A stretch of 64,000 bases of DNA from Marsupella aquatica (Eukaryota; Plantae; Marchantiophyta): the NCBI GenBank assembly GCA_973895155.1, contig OZ316894.1, forward strand, positions 22,353,867 through 22,417,866. The letters run 5' to 3'. Both the position numbers and the translations under genes were made by a program. Under the pieces are notes generated by a model, which saw only the letters and a program-made list of their open reading frames with translations, was not told where the DNA came from and ran no database searches. Shown here piece by piece: positions 61,209-64,000 of the stretch (the first letter of the stretch is position 1; the number at the start of each line of letters is the position of its first letter).

Positions 61209-64000
61209 TTTTCCCTGTCCAGAGGGACAAGTCTGCTGCAGGCAGAATGAACTTTGATACTGTACCGTATCATCGGTGCTGCATCGCCGTACAATGGAAA
61301 AGGAAACTGTTGGCAGACAATTTGCGGAAGCTGAGGCAGTCATGATCCACAATCCATTCCTTCCTCAGAATCCTCACACTCCCGTACTATACAGCATTAC
61401 AGCCAGCAGAAGTCAGGGTAGAAATGAGAACTTAATTTTATACAGGAGGTACATACTTGTTTCCAACCCCACAGTCCAGACTCTCTCCTTCTGTCTCTCG
61501 CTCTCGCTCTCCGCTCAAAGCCTGTTTTTTTCGAAGCCATGGGGTCGACTGTAGCTCCTCTGCGGTAGGTGTAGTGATTTCAGTCTAGCGATTCAGGCCT
61601 AACGGGCAGCGTATTTTTGGTGTCCTGTGAGGTCAGTCTACACAAATGCTGACGAGCGATGATGGGTTTCGGCGTAATTGAGGTCAATTGGCCTGGGCTG
61701 GTAGAGATCGTCAGAATTCGGGTACGGTTTGTGATCTCGTGAGAACGGATTCATGAATGTCATCCCTCCAGAACTCCACATTCTTGCTGTTGGCCTGGGA
61801 TGTAGTTTTAATGAAGGGACCACCATCTACTTACCCTGCTTCATGGCGACGACCGCCTCCAAATACTTCACAGCAAAACTAACGTTTGTAGACGGGACAC
61901 GGACCGTAAACTCTAGCACAGCACAGCTGCTCGATTGCTCGGTCCAGTTCACTGTTCATTACTCTATTCATAGCTACGGGATCCCACCCTGAGCTGCGCT
62001 GCCTGTCCTGCCGTGCCCTGCCGTGCCCTGCCGCTCTGTTACGGTACGTAGCTGCAGTCGTGGCCGCGTTCTCAGTTCTCTTGCCGTTCTCTCAGTTCTC
62101 TTGCCGTTCTCTCTTCTCCATGTCTGCATTAGTTTGATTTCCTGGATTGGTTGCGGGGGTCCGTCCGTGTTGCAGCCTCGAAACAGTGTGCTGAGATTGA
62201 TTGACATAAGCAGACTGGCGGGCTGTTACGCAATGCAGCAGGCCCGTCCAGAGAGACGCCGTTAGTGGGTGTGTGAAGCGAGTGGATTGCAGGAGTGTGT
62301 GGTCTGTTCGCTTGAGGACCCGGCAAACGGAAAGACTCCTGTCCGTATTCTCTGCATATGTGCAATCAAGACATCGCGGAGGAAAGCACGGGTTTTGTTT
62401 CAGTCGACGAATCAACGAAGAGGACAGCCCGTCTGGAATTCGTTACAGATTGCAGTCATATCTAGCTCCTTCCCCTCCAATCTTTCTTCACGTCTGCATT
62501 CACGTACTGACTGCTCGCCTCTATCCCGCTTCTCCGCACCACTCGAATTCCTCGTCATCTCGTTTCCTCGAGCTTTCAGTATTTCTGAGGATTGATCGAT
62601 CTCAACATCCGTCCACTTTACTAAATTTTGTGTCTGATTATACCTTTCATCTATGCAACCTACTATGCTTCATTGCAACTGCTTGCTAAATTAGCGGATG
62701 AGGTTCTCTCAAGAATGGCTTGAGGAAAAAATTTCGAACACGTGGAAGGCTTCGCCCACGGGTACATGCCAGGACCGCTGTGGGACTGAGGTCGAGCAGC
62801 TGCATGTGCCATGATTCACACATAATCTATCGGCGCCGCCTAGAAGGTCATGAGAGCGAGCGAGACGGAGAGAGAAAGAGAGAGAAGAGAAACTGCAAGT
62901 CCGTGGTGAAAGCACTCGCGCCATTGAACTGCCATATGATGATTCCGTCGAGCGGAGCACGTATGATTAGTGCCTAGCTGGAAGCTAACGCCTCTGCAAT
63001 GCCGGCTAGCTGGCCTGTTTGAAGCGTGCTCGTGGTACAAAGGGTACAACCGTTGCGAAAAGAGAGAAGGTGCCGATTTGTTCCCCACATTCAGCGAACA
63101 AATATACGCGACCACGAGCTCACAGCTCCCTCGCGAGGCATCTGATCGAGTACCAAGTAGTCTAGCACGCTGTCAGCTCATTTGATCAAATCCGCGAAGG
63201 AGCGAGAGAGCGAGAGAAGCTACGGTCGCGCCCTAGCCGCCCGTTCTTCGAGGCGACTGTAGTAGTACTTCCACCGCCGAGCTAGGACAAAAGCATGAGA
63301 TTTGGTTCTCCGTTCTCTCCTGCAATCGATAGCTCAAAGCAGTGAAATCGAAGAGGACGACAGTATGTAATCTGAGGAGTTGCGCGATGTGACTTGGACG
63401 AACGGCTCGTTCCTTCTACTTTTGTCTCTCGCTCTCGGCCCCTCGCCTTTCTCCGTAGATAAACCCTCCAGACCCTGCGACCAAAAGCGGGTACCTGGCT
63501 CGACTAGCTGCCATCCTCTCTAGCTATCGCTTCTGAATGTGATGCTCAGCGCACGTACTACGGAAGAGGGAGCTAACGCTGTCCCGTTCGGTCTGCTGTC
63601 GGTTGTGTCGTTCATGCCCCCGACAACACGACGGCTTGCTGCTGATGTTGTAAGCGAGAGCCACCTCTCAATACTTCACGGTTGCAGTGACTGCTCTCTC
63701 ACACATGGTGGATACAGGGACGATTCAGCACGAGCCGAAGACGTACTGGTCGGACGCCGGGTGGCGTCGGTCAGCTGCTGAAATAATACTGGAAACCTTC
63801 AAAGAATGACCATCGCAGAATTTTTCTCGCTTCTGCCCCTTCGGCATCTTTTCTGTGGAATTTGGAGATGACGACCTTTTCGTTAGTGGAGGGAGAGTAA
63901 GTGCGACGACAATGGGTTGGAGGCCAGGCTCGTGTAGCAGTTCAAGTTCCCCATATTCCGATCAGAAGGTAGTCCGACGATTCAACGTGTTGATGCGGAG

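Noticed and set aside
61276-64000. Short ORFs, GA/CT tracts and possible miRNA or tRNA genes
   Set aside because: Looks like promoter or long 5' UTR sequence; no conserved plant miRNA or tRNA motif recognised by eye.

Overview
Eukaryotic, intron-containing land-plant-like DNA; a non-seed plant such as a liverwort is my guess from gene and TE content only. The first 30 kb is a nested pair of transposons. The outer one is a ~14.3 kb DNA transposon (376..30180) with 23-bp TIRs containing CACTA and 22-bp-period subterminal repeats. It carries a decayed DUF7869/Sola-like transposase fused to three En/Spm TNP1-like domains, a divergently transcribed spliced gene with a beta-class N4/N6 DNA-methyltransferase-like domain and possible ParB-like remnant, an FCP1/NIF phosphatase-like ORF, and three different palindrome arrays. 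Inserted into it is a very young 15.5 kb non-chromoviral Ty3/gypsy element (14140..29665, minus strand, TSD GTCTA). Its 4651-bp LTRs each contain a ~1200-codon PMD-like/coiled-coil gene. It also shows a candidate -1 frameshift signal between protease and RT and an exact copy of its PPT near the element centre. The rest of the window holds a five-exon aminoacylase-1 gene, an unknown coiled-coil ORF, a PIF/Harbinger relic and local repeats. All domain calls are from motif recognition by eye.
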